Shown: one piece after another, positions 43,608-54,918 of the stretch
How positions within the stretch are numbered: the stretch's first letter is position 1
How the letters are laid out: each line of letters begins with the position of its first letter
Origin: an uncultured Chloroflexia bacterium
GTDB lineage: Bacteria; Chloroflexota; Anaerolineae; CG2-30-64-16
NCBI GenBank assembly: GCA_963810095.1
Contig: CAWEMM010000012.1
Coordinates: 576,001-640,000 of the forward strand
Direction of reading: 5' to 3'
DNA: 64,000 bases
The notes under the pieces: model-generated
The model's input: the letters and a program-made list of their open reading frames with translations, nothing else
Told to the model about the DNA's origin: nothing
Databases searched by the model: none
Position numbers and translations under genes: made by a program

Positions 43608-44177
43608 ATGCAATTCGTGGCTTTCTTCCGCAACGTCAACCTTGGACAGGGCCTGGCTCCGACGCGGCCACAGCTTGAAGCGGCCTTTGCGGCCGCAGGA
43701 AGTGCCGGCGCTGCGTCGTTTCAGACCGCCGGCACCGTGGTTTTCGCGGCTGCCGGCGAGCCGGCCGCGGAGACGATCCTCGCCGGCGCGCGCGAGCGGC
43801 TGCTCGAATGGCGCGGGCTGCGCGAGCCCGCATACCTTGCGCCCCTCGGGCACTTGGCCGAGCTGGTCGCGGCTGACCCATTTACCGGCTGCGACCTGAG
43901 CGACGTGCTGGATACGTCGGCAACGTTGATGCCGCGGGACGCGCTCGCCGGGTTGACACTGCCGCTCGCGTCGCCGGGTGGCGACGTCGTCGTCGTTCGG
44001 CTCACCGCGTACCTCGCGCTCACCCTGCGCCGCCGCACCGGCGCGCACCCGGGCAGCCCGACGCCCTTCTTCGAGAAACTCCTGGGCATTCGGGCCACAA
44101 CCCGCGGTTGGAACACGATACAAAGGCTTGTGAGGAAGTACGCCGCGTCCGAGAGGACTAACGGCCCTCAAGAATGA
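43608..44177 (+). CDS. DUF1697 domain protein
   Basis: VAFFR.VN.G, SFQT.G.V.F, EK.LG..AT.R.WNT. Confidence 0.8.
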   Translation: MQFVAFFRNVNLGQGLAPTRPQLEAAFAAAGSAGAASFQTAGTVVFAAAGEPAAETILAGARERLLEWRGLREPAYLAPLGHLAELVAADPFTGCDLSDVLDTSATLMPRDALAGLTLPLASPGGDVVVVRLTAYLALTLRRRTGAHPGSPTPFFEKLLGIRATTRGWNTIQRLVRKYAASERTNGPQE

Positions 44178-44429
44178 CCACATCGGACGCCATCGAACAG
44201 CTCGCTCCTTGCTCTTCCCACGCCCTCGGAGCGTACTCGAGCCCCCTCTCACCCGAGCTCCCCATCTCCTGAAGTATGACCCCGCATCCATCATTTGTCT
44301 CTCGCATAATCCGTATCCGTGCCGATGTGATCCGCCAGTTGCATATGCTAATATCCCCGCCGTCATCGCGTGATCGTCGCCTCTGCCAGCCGACCGGGAA
44401 GCACGCGAAGTAGTGGAGGTGATATCCGT

Positions 44430-45294
44430 ATGCGTGTCTGGTTTGACGAGCATCCCTTGGTTGGTTCGTTGCTCATTTGGTTGGCCGACGCTGTCTTTGT
44501 GGTGGTCGGGGCGCTGCTGCTCAGCGCGCTCTTCCCCAACATCCCCGGTTACGGCCGTGGGCTGAGCCAAAGCCTCATTCTCGTACTGGTCGGCGTGCTG
44601 TTGGTAGCCGCCATGTTGACCGCGTTTCGATGGTGGCGCCGGGCGGGCTTTGTCGGCCCTTCGCAGTGGCGCGATCTGCGCATCCTGTGGCTGCCGGTGT
44701 TGCTGCTGTTTGTACCGTTCGTGCGAGGGTTCCGCCCGCTCTCCACCGCCGAGCTGCTGACGCTCGCCGTGGGCTACACAGCAACCGCGTTTTTCGAGGA
44801 GGCAATCTACCGGGGCGCGATCCTCGGCCTCATGCGACCTAAGGGGATTTGGACCGCGGTCCTGGTCTCGTCGCTGTTGTTCGGCCTTGCGCACTTCACG
44901 AACATCCTGCTTCGAGGCAACCCTAGCATCATCGCGCTCCAGGCACTGGGCGCGGCGACGGGCGGCGTCGGCATGGCCGCCATCCGTCTGCGCACCCGTA
45001 CCATCTGGCCCGTCATTGCGCTGCACGGCCTGCACGACCTCTTCTTCCAGCTCGGCGCGCTCCCGGTGCCAATTTCGGACGCTGTCGAGCGCGACCGTGC
45101 TGCTGCTCTACGGCATCTACCTGCTGCGGCCCAGCAGCGCGGAAGCAGCTCGCCGCCGTCCGCGAGTCATACTTGGCCCCGGCGCCCGCCGGCGCACTCT
45201 CAGAATAGGGGAAAACGGCCCTGGGAGCCTGCCTCGCCGGGCTCCCAGCATACCTGCTCGTTTCACCTCCCGGCTTGACGGCCCCGACTGCTAG
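44430..45294 (+). CDS. CPBP (Abi/CAAX) family intramembrane metalloprotease (frameshift near 45085; 3' end uncertain)
   Basis: EEAIYRG, FGLAH, HGLHD motifs; multiple TMs. Confidence 0.8.
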
Positions 45295-45365
45295 CTCCCC
45301 GGCAATTGTGACCCTGCCAAAGCTGTGTTAGTCTTGTCCCGAAATTGCGTCAAGGAGGTGTTGCC

Positions 45366-46835
45366 TTGAAGGACATCCCGACCGAACCCGAAGAAACGCT
45401 CGATCCCGAGGACTGGGACGCGATGCGCTCTCTCGGGCGGCAGATGGTGGACGACATGTTGACCTGGCTGGAGAACGCGGGCGAGCGCGAGGTTTGGCAG
45501 CCGGTCCCGGCTGAAGTCAAGGCGCATTTCAACCAGCCGCCCCCCGCAGACCCCACCCCGCCCGGCGAAGTCTATGAGGAATTCTGCCGCTACATCCTCC
45601 CCTACCCGATGGGCAACACGCACCCGCGCTTCTGGTCGTGGGTCATGGGCAATGGCACGCCCTTCGGGATGCTGGCCGAAATGCTGGCCGCGGGGTTGAA
45701 CCCCAACATGGGCGGAGGCGAGCACGCGGGCATCTACGTGGAGCGGCAGGTCATCGACTGGACCAAGGCCCTGCTCGGCTTTCCACCCGACGCGAGCGGG
45801 CTGCTCGTCAGCGGCGGCTCGATGGCGAATCTCGTCGCGCTCACCGTGGCCCGCAACACGAAGGCGGGCATCGACGTGCGCGCCGCCGGGCTGCAGTCGT
45901 GCGGCGACCGCCTGATAGTCTATGCGTCGACCGAGACGCACAGCTGCGTGCAAAAGGCGGTCGAACTGTTGGGCCTGGGCCGCGACAATTACCGCCTGAT
46001 CCCCGTCGACGACGCGTTCAGAATCGATGTGCCGCGGCTCGAGGCCGCCATTGCCGAAGACCGCGCCGAAGGCTTCCGGCCCATCTGCCTGGTCGGCAAC
46101 GCGGGCACGGTCAACACGGGCGCGATCGACCCGCTGGAGGTGCTGGGCGAGATTGCGCGGCGCGAGGGGCTCTGGTACCACGTGGACGGGGCAATCGGCG
46201 CGTTGGCCGCGCTCGCACCCGACCTCAAGCCGAAACTTGCCGGCATGGCGGAAGCAGATTCCATCACGCTCGACTTCCACAAGTGGATGTACATGCAGTT
46301 CGAGGCCGGGTGCGTGTTGGTGCGAGACGAAGCCGCCCACCGCAACGCCTTTGCGCTGACACCCGAGTACCTGGAACACGGCGCACGCGGGATCTCGGCG
46401 GGCTCGAACTGGCCGAGCGAGTATGGCGTGCAGCTCACGCGCAACTTCCGCGCGCTGAAGATTTGGATGTCGCTGCGCGAGCACGGCGCGGCAAAGTACG
46501 GCCGGATGATCTCGCAGAACGCGGCGCAGGTAAGGTATCTCGCCGAGCAGGTGCAGGTAACGCCCGAACTCGAACTCCTCACACCCGTGCAGCTGAACAT
46601 CGTCTGCTTCCGCTACAACCCAGGCGGCCGCAGCGACGAGACGCTGAGCGCGCTGAACAAGGAGTTGCTCTTCCGCCTGCACGAGAGCGGGGTGGCCGGC
46701 CCCTCCTACACGACGCTGCACGGCCGGTACTGGCTGCGGGTGGCGAACACGAACCATCGCAGCCGCCAGGACGATTTCGACGTGTTGGTGCACGAGGTCG
46801 TGCGACTCGGTCGCGAGATCGCAGCCGAGTCCTAG
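45366..46835 (+). CDS. PLP-dependent aromatic L-amino acid decarboxylase family protein
   Basis: HPRF, SGGS.AN, HS, AGT..TGAID, HVDGA, DFHKW (PLP Lys), ALK.W, NIVCFRY. Confidence 0.9.
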   Translation: MKDIPTEPEETLDPEDWDAMRSLGRQMVDDMLTWLENAGEREVWQPVPAEVKAHFNQPPPADPTPPGEVYEEFCRYILPYPMGNTHPRFWSWVMGNGTPFGMLAEMLAAGLNPNMGGGEHAGIYVERQVIDWTKALLGFPPDASGLLVSGGSMANLVALTVARNTKAGIDVRAAGLQSCGDRLIVYASTETHSCVQKAVELLGLGRDNYRLIPVDDAFRIDVPRLEAAIAEDRAEGFRPICLVGNAGTVNTGAIDPLEVLGEIARREGLWYHVDGAIGALAALAPDLKPKLAGMAEADSITLDFHKWMYMQFEAGCVLVRDEAAHRNAFALTPEYLEHGARGISAGSNWPSEYGVQLTRNFRALKIWMSLREHGAAKYGRMISQNAAQVRYLAEQVQVTPELELLTPVQLNIVCFRYNPGGRSDETLSALNKELLFRLHESGVAGPSYTTLHGRYWLRVANTNHRSRQDDFDVLVHEVVRLGREIAAES

Positions 46836-46899
46836 CCTGAGCAGGCCCTTTGTTTCGATCGGCGGGGCAGAAGCGCGCCGGAGGGTGAGAGGTATGGCG

Positions 46900-47869
46900 A
46901 TGAAAGCGATTCGATCCACGAATATGGCGGGCCGGAAGTTCTGCAGCTCGAAGAACTGCCGACCCCGGAGCCGGGGCCGGGCCAGGCGCTCGTCGAAGTG
47001 ACCGCGGTCGGCGTCAACTTCGTGGACATCTATAACCGGATGGGCTGGTACAAGCTGCCGCAGTTCCCCTCGGGCATCGGCGGCGAGGGCGCGGGCCGGG
47101 TGCTCAGCGTGGCGCCGGACGTTACCGGCGTGAAGCTGGGCGACCGCGTCGCGTGGCTGGGGGGCGCGAACGCCTACGCGACGCACATGGTGATCGCCGC
47201 GTCCAAGCTTGCGCCTATCCCGGAGGGGGTCAGCGACGAACAGGCGGCCGCGGCAATGGTGCAGGGGGTCACAGCGCAGGTGCTGACGACGCGGACGTAT
47301 CCGCTGCAGCGGGGCGAGTGGGCGCTGGTCCATGCCGCGGCCGGCGGGGTGGGGCGCCTGCTGTGCCAATTGGGGCGACGCACCGGCGCACACGTCATCG
47401 GCACGGTGTCGAGCGAGGAGAAGGCGCGCACCGCCCGCGAAGCCGGCGCCGAGCACACGATCAACTACACGGAGCAGGACTTCCTGGCCGAGGTGCGCGG
47501 ATCACGGGCGGTACGGGCGTGAACGTCGTGTATGACTCGGTCGGCAAGGACACCTTTGACAAGAGCCTCGACGCGCTCGCGCCGCTGGGATACCTCGTCC
47601 TCTTTGGCCAGTCGAGCGGCTTCCCGCCGCCTCTCGACATTCAGCGCCTGGCAGGCGGCCGGTCGCTCTTCCTCACCCGGCCCTCGGTGTTCACCTATGT
47701 GGCCGACCGCGCGTCTCTGCTGCAGCAGACCAATGCGCTCTTTGACATGATCGGCAGCGGCGAGTTGGTGCTCCACATCGACCGCCAGTACCCCCTGGCC
47801 GAAGCGGCGCAAGCCCACCGCGACCTGGCCGGCCGCAAGACGACGGGCAAGCTGCTGCTGATTCCGTAA
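46900..47869 (+). CDS. qor: NADPH:quinone oxidoreductase, zeta-crystallin/Qor family (frameshifts near 46912 and 47497)
   Basis: YGGPEVL, GVNF.D, GEGAG, HAAAGGVG, VYDSVG, FGQSSG, TTGK. Confidence 0.88.
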
Positions 47870-47912
47870 ACGTGCCGCGCCTGGACGCGGCGGGCGAGCC
47901 GGTCGGGTGCGC

Positions 47913-48245
47913 TTAGGCGGCGAACTCCCGGTAGAAACAGGTCTGCCGGCCCGTGTGACATGCCGGGCCGGCCGGCTCCACCTGGACCAGCAGGGTGTCG
48001 CCGTCGCAGTCGACGCAGATGCTGAGCACCCGCTGGACGTTGCCCGACGTGTCGCCCTTGTGCCACAGCTCCTTGCGGCTGCGGCTCCAGAAGTGGGTCT
48101 GGCCCGTCTCCAGCGTCGTGCGCAAGGCCAGGTCGTTCATCCAGGCCATCATCAAGACGTCGCCGGTAATCACGTCCTGGACTACGGCGGGGATCAAACC
48201 CTGCTCGTTCCAGTGCAGTTCGTTCCACGAAGCTTGTTCGGACAT
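47913..48245 (-). CDS. hisI: Phosphoribosyl-AMP cyclohydrolase (no HisE domain)
   Basis: [34 protein letters not shown]. Confidence 0.93.
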   Translation of the reverse strand: MSEQASWNELHWNEQGLIPAVVQDVITGDVLMMAWMNDLALRTTLETGQTHFWSRSRKELWHKGDTSGNVQRVLSICVDCDGDTLLVQVEPAGPACHTGRQTCFYREFAA

Positions 48246-48300
48246 AAGCTGCTCCTCCTTCATTACGAGATCGGCCGTGCACAGAAAGGACCCAAGAATA

Positions 48301-48336
48301 GAAGTTTCGCAAAGGTCTGGACCTTTGTGAAACTTC
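48301..48336. repeat. Intergenic hairpin between hisF and hisI
   Basis: gaagtttcgcaaaggtc-tg-gacctttgtgaaacttc. Confidence 0.6.
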
Positions 48337-48367
48337 GGTTCCTCGGTTCTTCCTGTTGACTTGCGCC

Positions 48368-49135
48368 TCACGGCTGCCTGGCCAGCCGGATCGGGACTCC
48401 ACGCCGCGCCAGGTACGCCTTGACTTCGCCCACCGACACTTGCCGGTAGTGGAACAGCGAGGCGGCCAGCGCGGCATCCGCCCTGCCCAGGGTCAGCGCG
48501 TCATAGAAATGCGCTGTGCTGCCGGCCCCACCCGACGCGATGACCGGGATCGACACCGCCTCGCCGACCGCGGCCAGCATGCGAATATCGTAGCCCGCCT
48601 GCGTGCCATCCGTGTCCATGCTCGTCAGCAGGATTTCGCCCGCGCCCAGCCGCTCGGCTTCGCGCGCCCAGCTCACCACCTCCCGCCCGGTTGGGACGCG
48701 GCCGCCATTAATGTACACCTCCCAGCGGTCACCTGTCCATTTGCCGTCGATGGCCACGACGACGCACTGGGAGCCAAAGCGGGTTGCGCCGGCTGTGATC
48801 AGCTCGGGGGTGCGGACGGCCGGCGAATTGATGCTGACCTTATCGGCGCCCGCCAGCAGCAGCGCGCGCATGTCGTCGACCGTGCGGATGCCGCCCCCAA
48901 CCGTGAACGGGATGAACACGGTGTCGGCCACCCGCCGGACCATGTCGATCACGATGTCGCGGCGCTCGTGGCTGGCCGTGATGTCGAGGAAGACGAGCTC
49001 GTCTGCCCCCTCTCGGTCGTACACCTGGGCCTGCTCGACCGGATCGCCGGCGTCGCGCAGTTCGAGGAAGTTGACGCCCTTCACGACCCGGCCGTCCTTC
49101 ACGTCGAGGCAGGGGATGATGCGCTTCGCTAACAT
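48368..49135 (-). CDS. hisF: Imidazole glycerol phosphate synthase subunit HisF
   Basis: [49 protein letters not shown]. Confidence 0.96.
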   Translation of the reverse strand: MLAKRIIPCLDVKDGRVVKGVNFLELRDAGDPVEQAQVYDREGADELVFLDITASHERRDIVIDMVRRVADTVFIPFTVGGGIRTVDDMRALLLAGADKVSINSPAVRTPELITAGATRFGSQCVVVAIDGKWTGDRWEVYINGGRVPTGREVVSWAREAERLGAGEILLTSMDTDGTQAGYDIRMLAAVGEAVSIPVIASGGAGSTAHFYDALTLGRADAALAASLFHYRQVSVGEVKAYLARRGVPIRLARQP

Positions 49136-50063
49136 CAGACGTCCTCCGCCACTCCAAGCGCTTCAGTCAGCGAGAAAGCGCCCTTATAAAGCGCCTGGCC
49201 CACGATCACACCTTCAATGCGCCCACTGGGGTAAGGGCCGGCAGGGAGCCACTCGGGATCTCGGCGAGGCGGCGCCTTCGGCTCTGCCTGGCCCCTGCCA
49301 GGAGGTTGGTCGGCAGCGACGAGCGCCCGGATGTCGTCCAGCGACCCAACCCCGCCGCTGGCGATCACCCCCAGCCCTGATGCGGCCGCCAGCGCCATCG
49401 TCGCAGCGACGTTGACGCCGCCCAGCATGCCGTCCCGGCTAATGTCGGTGTACACGGCGCGGACGGCGCCCAGGTCGGCCATGCGCCGCGCCACTTCGAG
49501 CGCCGCCAAACCGCTCGTTTCCTGCCAGCCATGCGTGGCGACGAAGCCGTCGCGTGCGTCCAGCCCGACCACGATCCGCTCCGCGCCGAAGCGCTCGATC
49601 GCCTGGCCCACCAGCGTGGGCTGCTGCACGGCGACCGTGCCCAGCACGACCCGGCTCGCGCCCGTTTCAAGCGCAAGCTCCACGTCGCTAAGCGACCGCA
49701 GCCCCCCGCCGTACTGGATGGGGAGGCTGACGGCAGCCCGAATGTCGGCCAGCCGCCGGAGGTTGATGGGCAGCCGGTCTCCACAGCTTGCACTCCCGGG
49801 ATACCGGGCGTCCTTCGACTGCGCGCCTTCCTGGGCGAAGCGCTCCGCTCAGACCCTGAGCCGAGCTCAGGATGCCCGGCGTCGACCATGAATGCCCCAT
49901 CCAGGTTGACGACATGCAGCCAGGCCGCCCCCTGCTGAGCCCAGCGGACGGCCGTCTCCGCCGGGTCGTCGCTGTAGGTCGTCTGCGCGCCGGGATCGCC
50001 CTGGCGCAGCCGGACGACCTGCCCCCGGCGCAGGTCGATGGCCGGGAAAACGATCAGTCCCAT
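49135..50063 (-). CDS. hisA: HisA isomerase with two unusual insertions (frame change within 49770-49850)
   Basis: [48 protein letters not shown]. Confidence 0.9.
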
Positions 50064-50740
50064 GCGTTCACCAGTCCTACGAAGTTACGCAAGATTGCCA
50101 GCCCCACCTGCTGGCTCTTCTCCGGGTGACACTGGATGCCCCACAAATTGCCCCGCCGCACGACAGACGCGTACTCAATCCCGTAATCGGTCGTGGCCAG
50201 TGTGTCCGCGGGTTCGGCGGGCCGGCAGTAAAAGGAGTGGACGAAGTAGGCATAGGCCCCGTGGTCGATGCCGGCCAGCAACGGGTCCGACCCGGCGTGA
50301 TTAAGCTGGTTCCAGCCGATTTCGGGCACCTTCAGCGGCCGGCCGTCGGGCCCGACCATGTCGCTCGGGAAGCGCACCACCCGGCCGGGGATCAGGCCCA
50401 GGCCCTCGTGTACGCCCATCGGTAGATGGGCCGCCAGCTCCTCGCTCTCGTCGAAGAGCAGCTGCATTCCCACGCAGATGCCCAGCAGCGGCTTGCCTGC
50501 ACCGGCGGCCTCTTTGAGCGGCGCCTCGAAGCCGGCAGCGCGCAGGTTGGCCGCGGCATCCCCGAACGCACCGACGCCGGGCAGGATGATGCCCGCCGCT
50601 GCCGCCAGGGCGTCTGGCCGGTTGACGACCCTCGGACTGCCGCCCGCGGCCTCCACCGCCTTGTACACGTTGCGAAGGTTACCCACCCCGTAGTCCACAA
50701 TTACGAGCTCACGGGCGCGGGCCGGCTCGCTGCCGCTCAT
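50054..50740 (-). CDS. hisH: Imidazole glycerol phosphate synthase glutaminase subunit
   Basis: DYG.GN, LPGVG.F, GICVGMQ, GWN, YFVHSF, QCHPEKS. Confidence 0.95.
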   Translation of the reverse strand: MSGSEPARARELVIVDYGVGNLRNVYKAVEAAGGSPRVVNRPDALAAAAGIILPGVGAFGDAAANLRAAGFEAPLKEAAGAGKPLLGICVGMQLLFDESEELAAHLPMGVHEGLGLIPGRVVRFPSDMVGPDGRPLKVPEIGWNQLNHAGSDPLLAGIDHGAYAYFVHSFYCRPAEPADTLATTDYGIEYASVVRRGNLWGIQCHPEKSQQVGLAILRNFVGLVNAWD

Positions 50741-51325
50741 GCCAGCTGGCCCTTGGTCGACGGAACGCCCTCGCGCCGGGGGTCGATCTCCGACGCGGCA
50801 TCGAGCGCACGGCCGAACGCCTTGAACAGCGCCTCCGCCTGATGATGATCGTTTCGCCCGTACAGCACCTTTGCGTGCAGGTTCATGCGCCCGTGGATCG
50901 CGACCGTTTCGAGGAAGTGACGCACCAGGTCCGGGTCCATAGCCCCCAACGCGGCCGAGTGCCATTCGACGTCGATCACGGCGTAGGGCCGGCCGCTGAG
51001 GTCCAGCACAACCAGGACCAAGGCCTCGTCCATCGGCACATAGCTGTGCGCGGTGCGGACGATGCCCGCCCGGTCGCCCAGCGCACGGTCGAGCGCCTGG
51101 CCAAGGCAGATGGCGACGTCCTCCACCGTGTGGTGCGGGTCTACGTGCAGGTCGCCCTGCGCCTCGACCGTGAGGTTAAACATGCCCGTGATGGGCGAAC
51201 AGCGCCAGCATGTGATCGAGAAAGCCGACGCCCGTCTTGACCTCGGCCTTGCCCCGCCCGTCGACGGCCAGGGTCAGTGTGATGTCCGTTTCGCCCGTCC
51301 TGCGGGTGATGGTCGATGTACGCAT
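50737..51325 (-). CDS. hisB: Imidazoleglycerol-phosphate dehydratase (frameshift near 51183)
   Basis: R.T.ETDI, GFLDHML, GDL.VD.HHTVED, PMDEAL, N.HH..EA.FK, PSTKG. Confidence 0.93.
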
Positions 51326-51343
51326 CGTGTGCACCCTTCGTCT

Positions 51344-51431
51344 TGCCACGAATTGCACGAATTGGCGAATTCGACGAACTGGATAAGTGCCGGAGCGGCA
51401 GTAATTCGTACAATTCGTCGAATTCGTGTCA
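51344..51431. repeat. 9-bp-periodic palindrome ('cacgaattg'/'attcgt') between hisC and hisB
   Basis: cacgaattg-cacgaattg-gcgaattcg-acgaactgg...attcgtaca-attcgtcga-attcgtg. Confidence 0.8.
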
Positions 51432-52549
51432 TGCGTGGCGCCCTTCGTTCAGCGCGGCCAGTAGCCGGTCGGTATCTTCGGGCCGGCCCGCACTCACCCG
51501 GATCATGTTCTCCAGGCCGGGTTTTGCGTAATGGCGCACCAGGATGCCTTGCTGCGCCAGAGCCTCTTTCAACGCCCACGCGTCGCGCCCGATGACCCGG
51601 CAGAGCACGAAATTCGCGTGGCCGGGAATCGGCTCAAGGAACGCGCACTTGCCGAGTTCGACCAGCAGCCGCTCCCGCTCGCGGATCAACGCGTCGACCG
51701 TGGGCTGGATTTCCTCGCGCTGCTGTAACGAGGCGAGGCCTGCCACAGTTGCCGCCACGTTCACATTGTACGGCTGCTTGGCCTTCAACAGGTGCGGCAT
51801 GAGCCAGGACGGAAAGACGCCGTATCCGAGCCGCAGCCCGGCCAGCCCGGCCCACTTGGAGAAGGTGCGCAGGACGGCCAGGTTCTCGTGGACCAATACC
51901 CAATCGGCCACCGAGCGATTGAGCCCGGCGAACTCGATGTAGGCCTCGTCGACGACGACGAACACGGGCAGCCGGAGCAGAGCCGCCAGGTCACGCGGCG
52001 ACAGGAGGCTGCCGTCCGGGTTGTTGGGCGACGTCAGGAACAGCAGCTTCGCATTCGGGTTAGCGTCGACAGCCGCATGGACCGCCTGTACGTCCACGTG
52101 GAAGTTGTCGCGCCGCGGCACCCGCACCACGGCCGCGCCAGACAGCCCCGCGTCGAAGCCGTACATCCCAAAGGTGGGGGGGCAGTCGACGATCGCGTCG
52201 CCCGGCCCGGCCATCATCCGGGTCAGCAAGTCGATCAGCTCGTCGGCGCCGTGCCCCGGCAAGATGTTCTCGGCCGGAACGCCCACATACTCGGCCAGCG
52301 CCGCCCTCAACTCCCGCTGCTCGGGATCGGGGTAGATGTGCAGGTAGGGGTACTCGGCCAGCGCAGCCGCCACGGTGGGGTGCGGCCCGTAGGGGTTCTC
52401 GTTCGCGTCAAGCTTGGCAATGTCGGCCGGCACGCGTCCAACTCCCGGCTCAACACCTCGAACGGGACGATGGGCGTGTAGGGCTCCATGTCCCTGATGT
52501 GGGACAGCAGGAACTCGCTGGGCGAGCGCGGACCAGAGGACGAGCTCAC
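51429..52549 (-). CDS. hisC: Histidinol-phosphate aminotransferase (frameshift near 52440; GTG start overlaps hisD stop)
   Basis: [42 protein letters not shown]. Confidence 0.92.
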
Positions 52550-54117
52550 TCGCTGCTCTCCAAAGGGGCCGCATCCGCTAGCCCGGATAAGGCATCCTGA
52601 GCGGAGCGACCGCCCGCAGGCGGAAGCGCAGCCGAAGGATGGTTGTCCTGCTCGAAAACATCCGCATCCTTCGACTCCGGCTCGTCCCTTCGGGACGGCC
52701 TCCGCTCAGGATGCTTGGAATCCGCTAGCCCGGATGAAGCATCCTGGGCGGGCGGCTGCAGGGCAGACGAAGCAGTCGAAGGACGCAGGCCGTCCAGCCG
52801 CATCTCCGCTGCTGCCGCGTGGGCCGTCAGCCCTTCGCCGCGCGCCAGGATCGCCGCCTGTGCCGACAATTTAGCGCCGGCTTCTTTCGTCAGCGCCACC
52901 AGGTTAATCCGCTTCACGAAATCAGCGACGCTGAGGGGGCTGGCGTAGCGGGCGCTGCCTTCGGTCGGCATGACGTGGCTGGGGCCCGCCACGTAATCGC
53001 CCAGCACCTCAAACGAGTGCTCGCCGACGAACACCCCGCCCGCGTTGCGAACCCGGCCCACCAACGACCAGGGGTCCTTCACAAGAAGGCAAAGATGCTC
53101 GGCCGCGTAAGCATTGGCTAGGTCGAGCGCCTCATCCAGGCCCGCAGTCAGGACGATGCCGCCCCGGTCGCCCAGTGACGCCGCGGCGATGTCGGCCCGG
53201 CTGAGCGTCTCCAGCTGCCGCCCCAGCTCGACCGCAACCGCCTCGGCCATCTTACGTGAAGGGGTCAGCAGGATGGGTGAGGCCAGCACGTCGTGTTCCG
53301 CCTGCGCCAGCAAGTCGGCCGCGGCCCACGCGGGGTCGGCCGACTCGTCGGCAATGACCATCGTCTCGGTCGGGCCGTAAAAGCCGTCGATCCCAACTGC
53401 GCCGATCACCTGACGCTTGGCCAGCGTGATGAACAGTCCGCCCGCGCCCACGATCTTGTCCACGGCCGGGACCGTCTCGGTGCCGTACGCCATGGCCCCA
53501 ATCGCCTGTGCCCCGCCGAGTGCGAAGAGCCGGTCGACCGCTGCGACGTGGGCTGCGGCCAGGATCAAGTCATGGATCTTGCCGTGCTTATCGGGCGGCG
53601 TACAGACGATGACCGTCGCCACGCCGGCCACCCGCGCCGGGATGGCCGACATGAGCAGCGACGAAGGCAAGGGGGCCGTCCCGCCGGGCACATAGACCCC
53701 GGCCCGGTCGAGCGGCCGGATCAGCTGGCCCAACGCGCCGTCCGGTCCGGCATCGATCCAGGAGCCGACCGGCTGCTTGCGGTGGAAGGCCGCGACGCGC
53801 TCGGCAGCGAACTCGAGTGCGTCGCGCTCCGCGACTTCGAGCCGTTCGTACGCCGCCCGCCACTCGCGCTGCGGGACCTCGAACGAGGCATCGCCATTCC
53901 CGTCTATGCGCTGCGACCACTCGACCACCGCGGCATCCCCCCGCCGGCGGATATCGCGCAGCACCCGGCCGACGGCTTCCTGCGCCGAAATGCGTTCGCC
54001 GAAGATCCGCTCGATGCCGTCGAGGACGCGCGCGGGCAGCGCCTGGTCTTCCCAGGGCTGCCGGCGGAGAATAGTGCGCCGGGCCTCGGCGCTGTCATAA
54101 ATCCGTACGACGCTCAT
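52546..54117 (-). CDS. hisD: Histidinol dehydrogenase with a roughly 80-aa repeat-derived C-terminal tail
   Basis: [48 protein letters not shown]. Confidence 0.95.
   Translation of the reverse strand: MSVVRIYDSAEARRTILRRQPWEDQALPARVLDGIERIFGERISAQEAVGRVLRDIRRRGDAAVVEWSQRIDGNGDASFEVPQREWRAAYERLEVAERDALEFAAERVAAFHRKQPVGSWIDAGPDGALGQLIRPLDRAGVYVPGGTAPLPSSLLMSAIPARVAGVATVIVCTPPDKHGKIHDLILAAAHVAAVDRLFALGGAQAIGAMAYGTETVPAVDKIVGAGGLFITLAKRQVIGAVGIDGFYGPTETMVIADESADPAWAAADLLAQAEHDVLASPILLTPSRKMAEAVAVELGRQLETLSRADIAAASLGDRGGIVLTAGLDEALDLANAYAAEHLCLLVKDPWSLVGRVRNAGGVFVGEHSFEVLGDYVAGPSHVMPTEGSARYASPLSVADFVKRINLVALTKEAGAKLSAQAAILARGEGLTAHAAAAEMRLDGLRPSTASSALQPPAQDASSGLADSKHPERRPSRRDEPESKDADVFEQDNHPSAALPPAGGRSAQDALSGLADAAPLESSE
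52592..52787. repeat. Three copies (direct/inverted/direct) of a 'GCATCCTGAGCGGAG...AGTCGAAGGAYG' palindromic unit inside the hisD 3' end
   Basis: Copies at about 52592-52641 (+), 52665-52715 (-) and 52739-52787 (+); a further copy lies in hisA at about 49808-49876. Confidence 0.8.
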
Positions 54118-54150
54118 CTACAACTCCAATGTCCTTTTACTCAAGCAGAA

Positions 54151-54246
54151 TAGAACGCTGATCAGACTGATTGGACATGATCTACGCAGATTCGGTTTGA
54201 AACAAGATCATGAAAATCATGTTCAATCTGCGTCATCGGCGTCCTA
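54151..54246. repeat. 9-10-bp-periodic palindrome ('..gat'/'atc..') between hisG and hisD
   Basis: aacgctgat-cagactgat-tggacatgat-ctacgcagat...atcatgaaa-atcatgttca-atctgcgtc-atcggcgt. Confidence 0.72.
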
Positions 54247-54918
54247 TTCCCTCGTCACCCCTGCCAGCGCGTCGATCAGGCCGCGCACTGGCTCTGCCTT
54301 GAGCCGGTAACTGGCCCGGTTGGCGATCAGCACCGCCTGGCTCTCCAGGATTACGCGCAGCTCGGCCAAACCGTTCTCGCGCAAAGTCACGCCTGTCTGC
54401 ACCAGGTCGACGATCAAATCGGCCAGCCCCACCAGCGGTGCGAGCTCGACCGAGCCCGACATGAAGATGATCTCGGGCGCAATGCCGCGCTGGCGGAAGA
54501 AGGCTTCCGTCAGGCGGGGAAACTTGGTGGCCACCCGTGGGCTGCGCTCGAGGCGCAGGGGTTTATCGGGACGATCGTTCGGGCCCGCGACGACCAGGCG
54601 GCAGTGCCCGAAGGGGAGAAGCAGCGGTTCATACACGTCGCGCTTCGCCTCGCGCAGCACGTCCAGCCCGGCGATGCCAACATCGGCCGCGCCGTACTCG
54701 ACAAAGATCGGAACGTCGGATGGCTTGGCGAGAATGAAGCGGAGCCGGCCGTCCGCCGAGTCGAGCACCAGCTTACGCCCGGCGGCGCCGGATGCATCGC
54801 CGTTCGCCGGGATTGCATAGCCGGCCCGTCCCAGGTACGCCATCCCGTCATCGGTCAAGCGGCCCTTGGGCATGGCGATGGTCAGAGGGCCCGGGCCGGT
54901 TGCAGGCAAGCCGCTCAT
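54244..54918 (-). CDS. hisG: ATP phosphoribosyltransferase catalytic subunit, short form
   Basis: IAMPKGR, KP.DVP.FVE.G.AD.GI.G.D, ATKF, GSVELAP, DLV.TG.TL..NGL; no C-terminal regulatory domain. Confidence 0.93.
   Translation of the reverse strand: MSGLPATGPGPLTIAMPKGRLTDDGMAYLGRAGYAIPANGDASGAAGRKLVLDSADGRLRFILAKPSDVPIFVEYGAADVGIAGLDVLREAKRDVYEPLLLPFGHCRLVVAGPNDRPDKPLRLERSPRVATKFPRLTEAFFRQRGIAPEIIFMSGSVELAPLVGLADLIVDLVQTGVTLRENGLAELRVILESQAVLIANRASYRLKAEPVRGLIDALAGVTRE

Noticed and set aside
44200-44275. Pyrimidine-rich ctcg/gctc patch after the DUF1697 gene
   Set aside because: Too degenerate to define a unit or an inverted partner; may be a decayed repeat.
51344-51431. Short repeated units considered as a CRISPR mini-array
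   Set aside because: Units are 8-10 bp, tandem and inverted, with no unique 30-40 bp spacers and no cas genes in the window.
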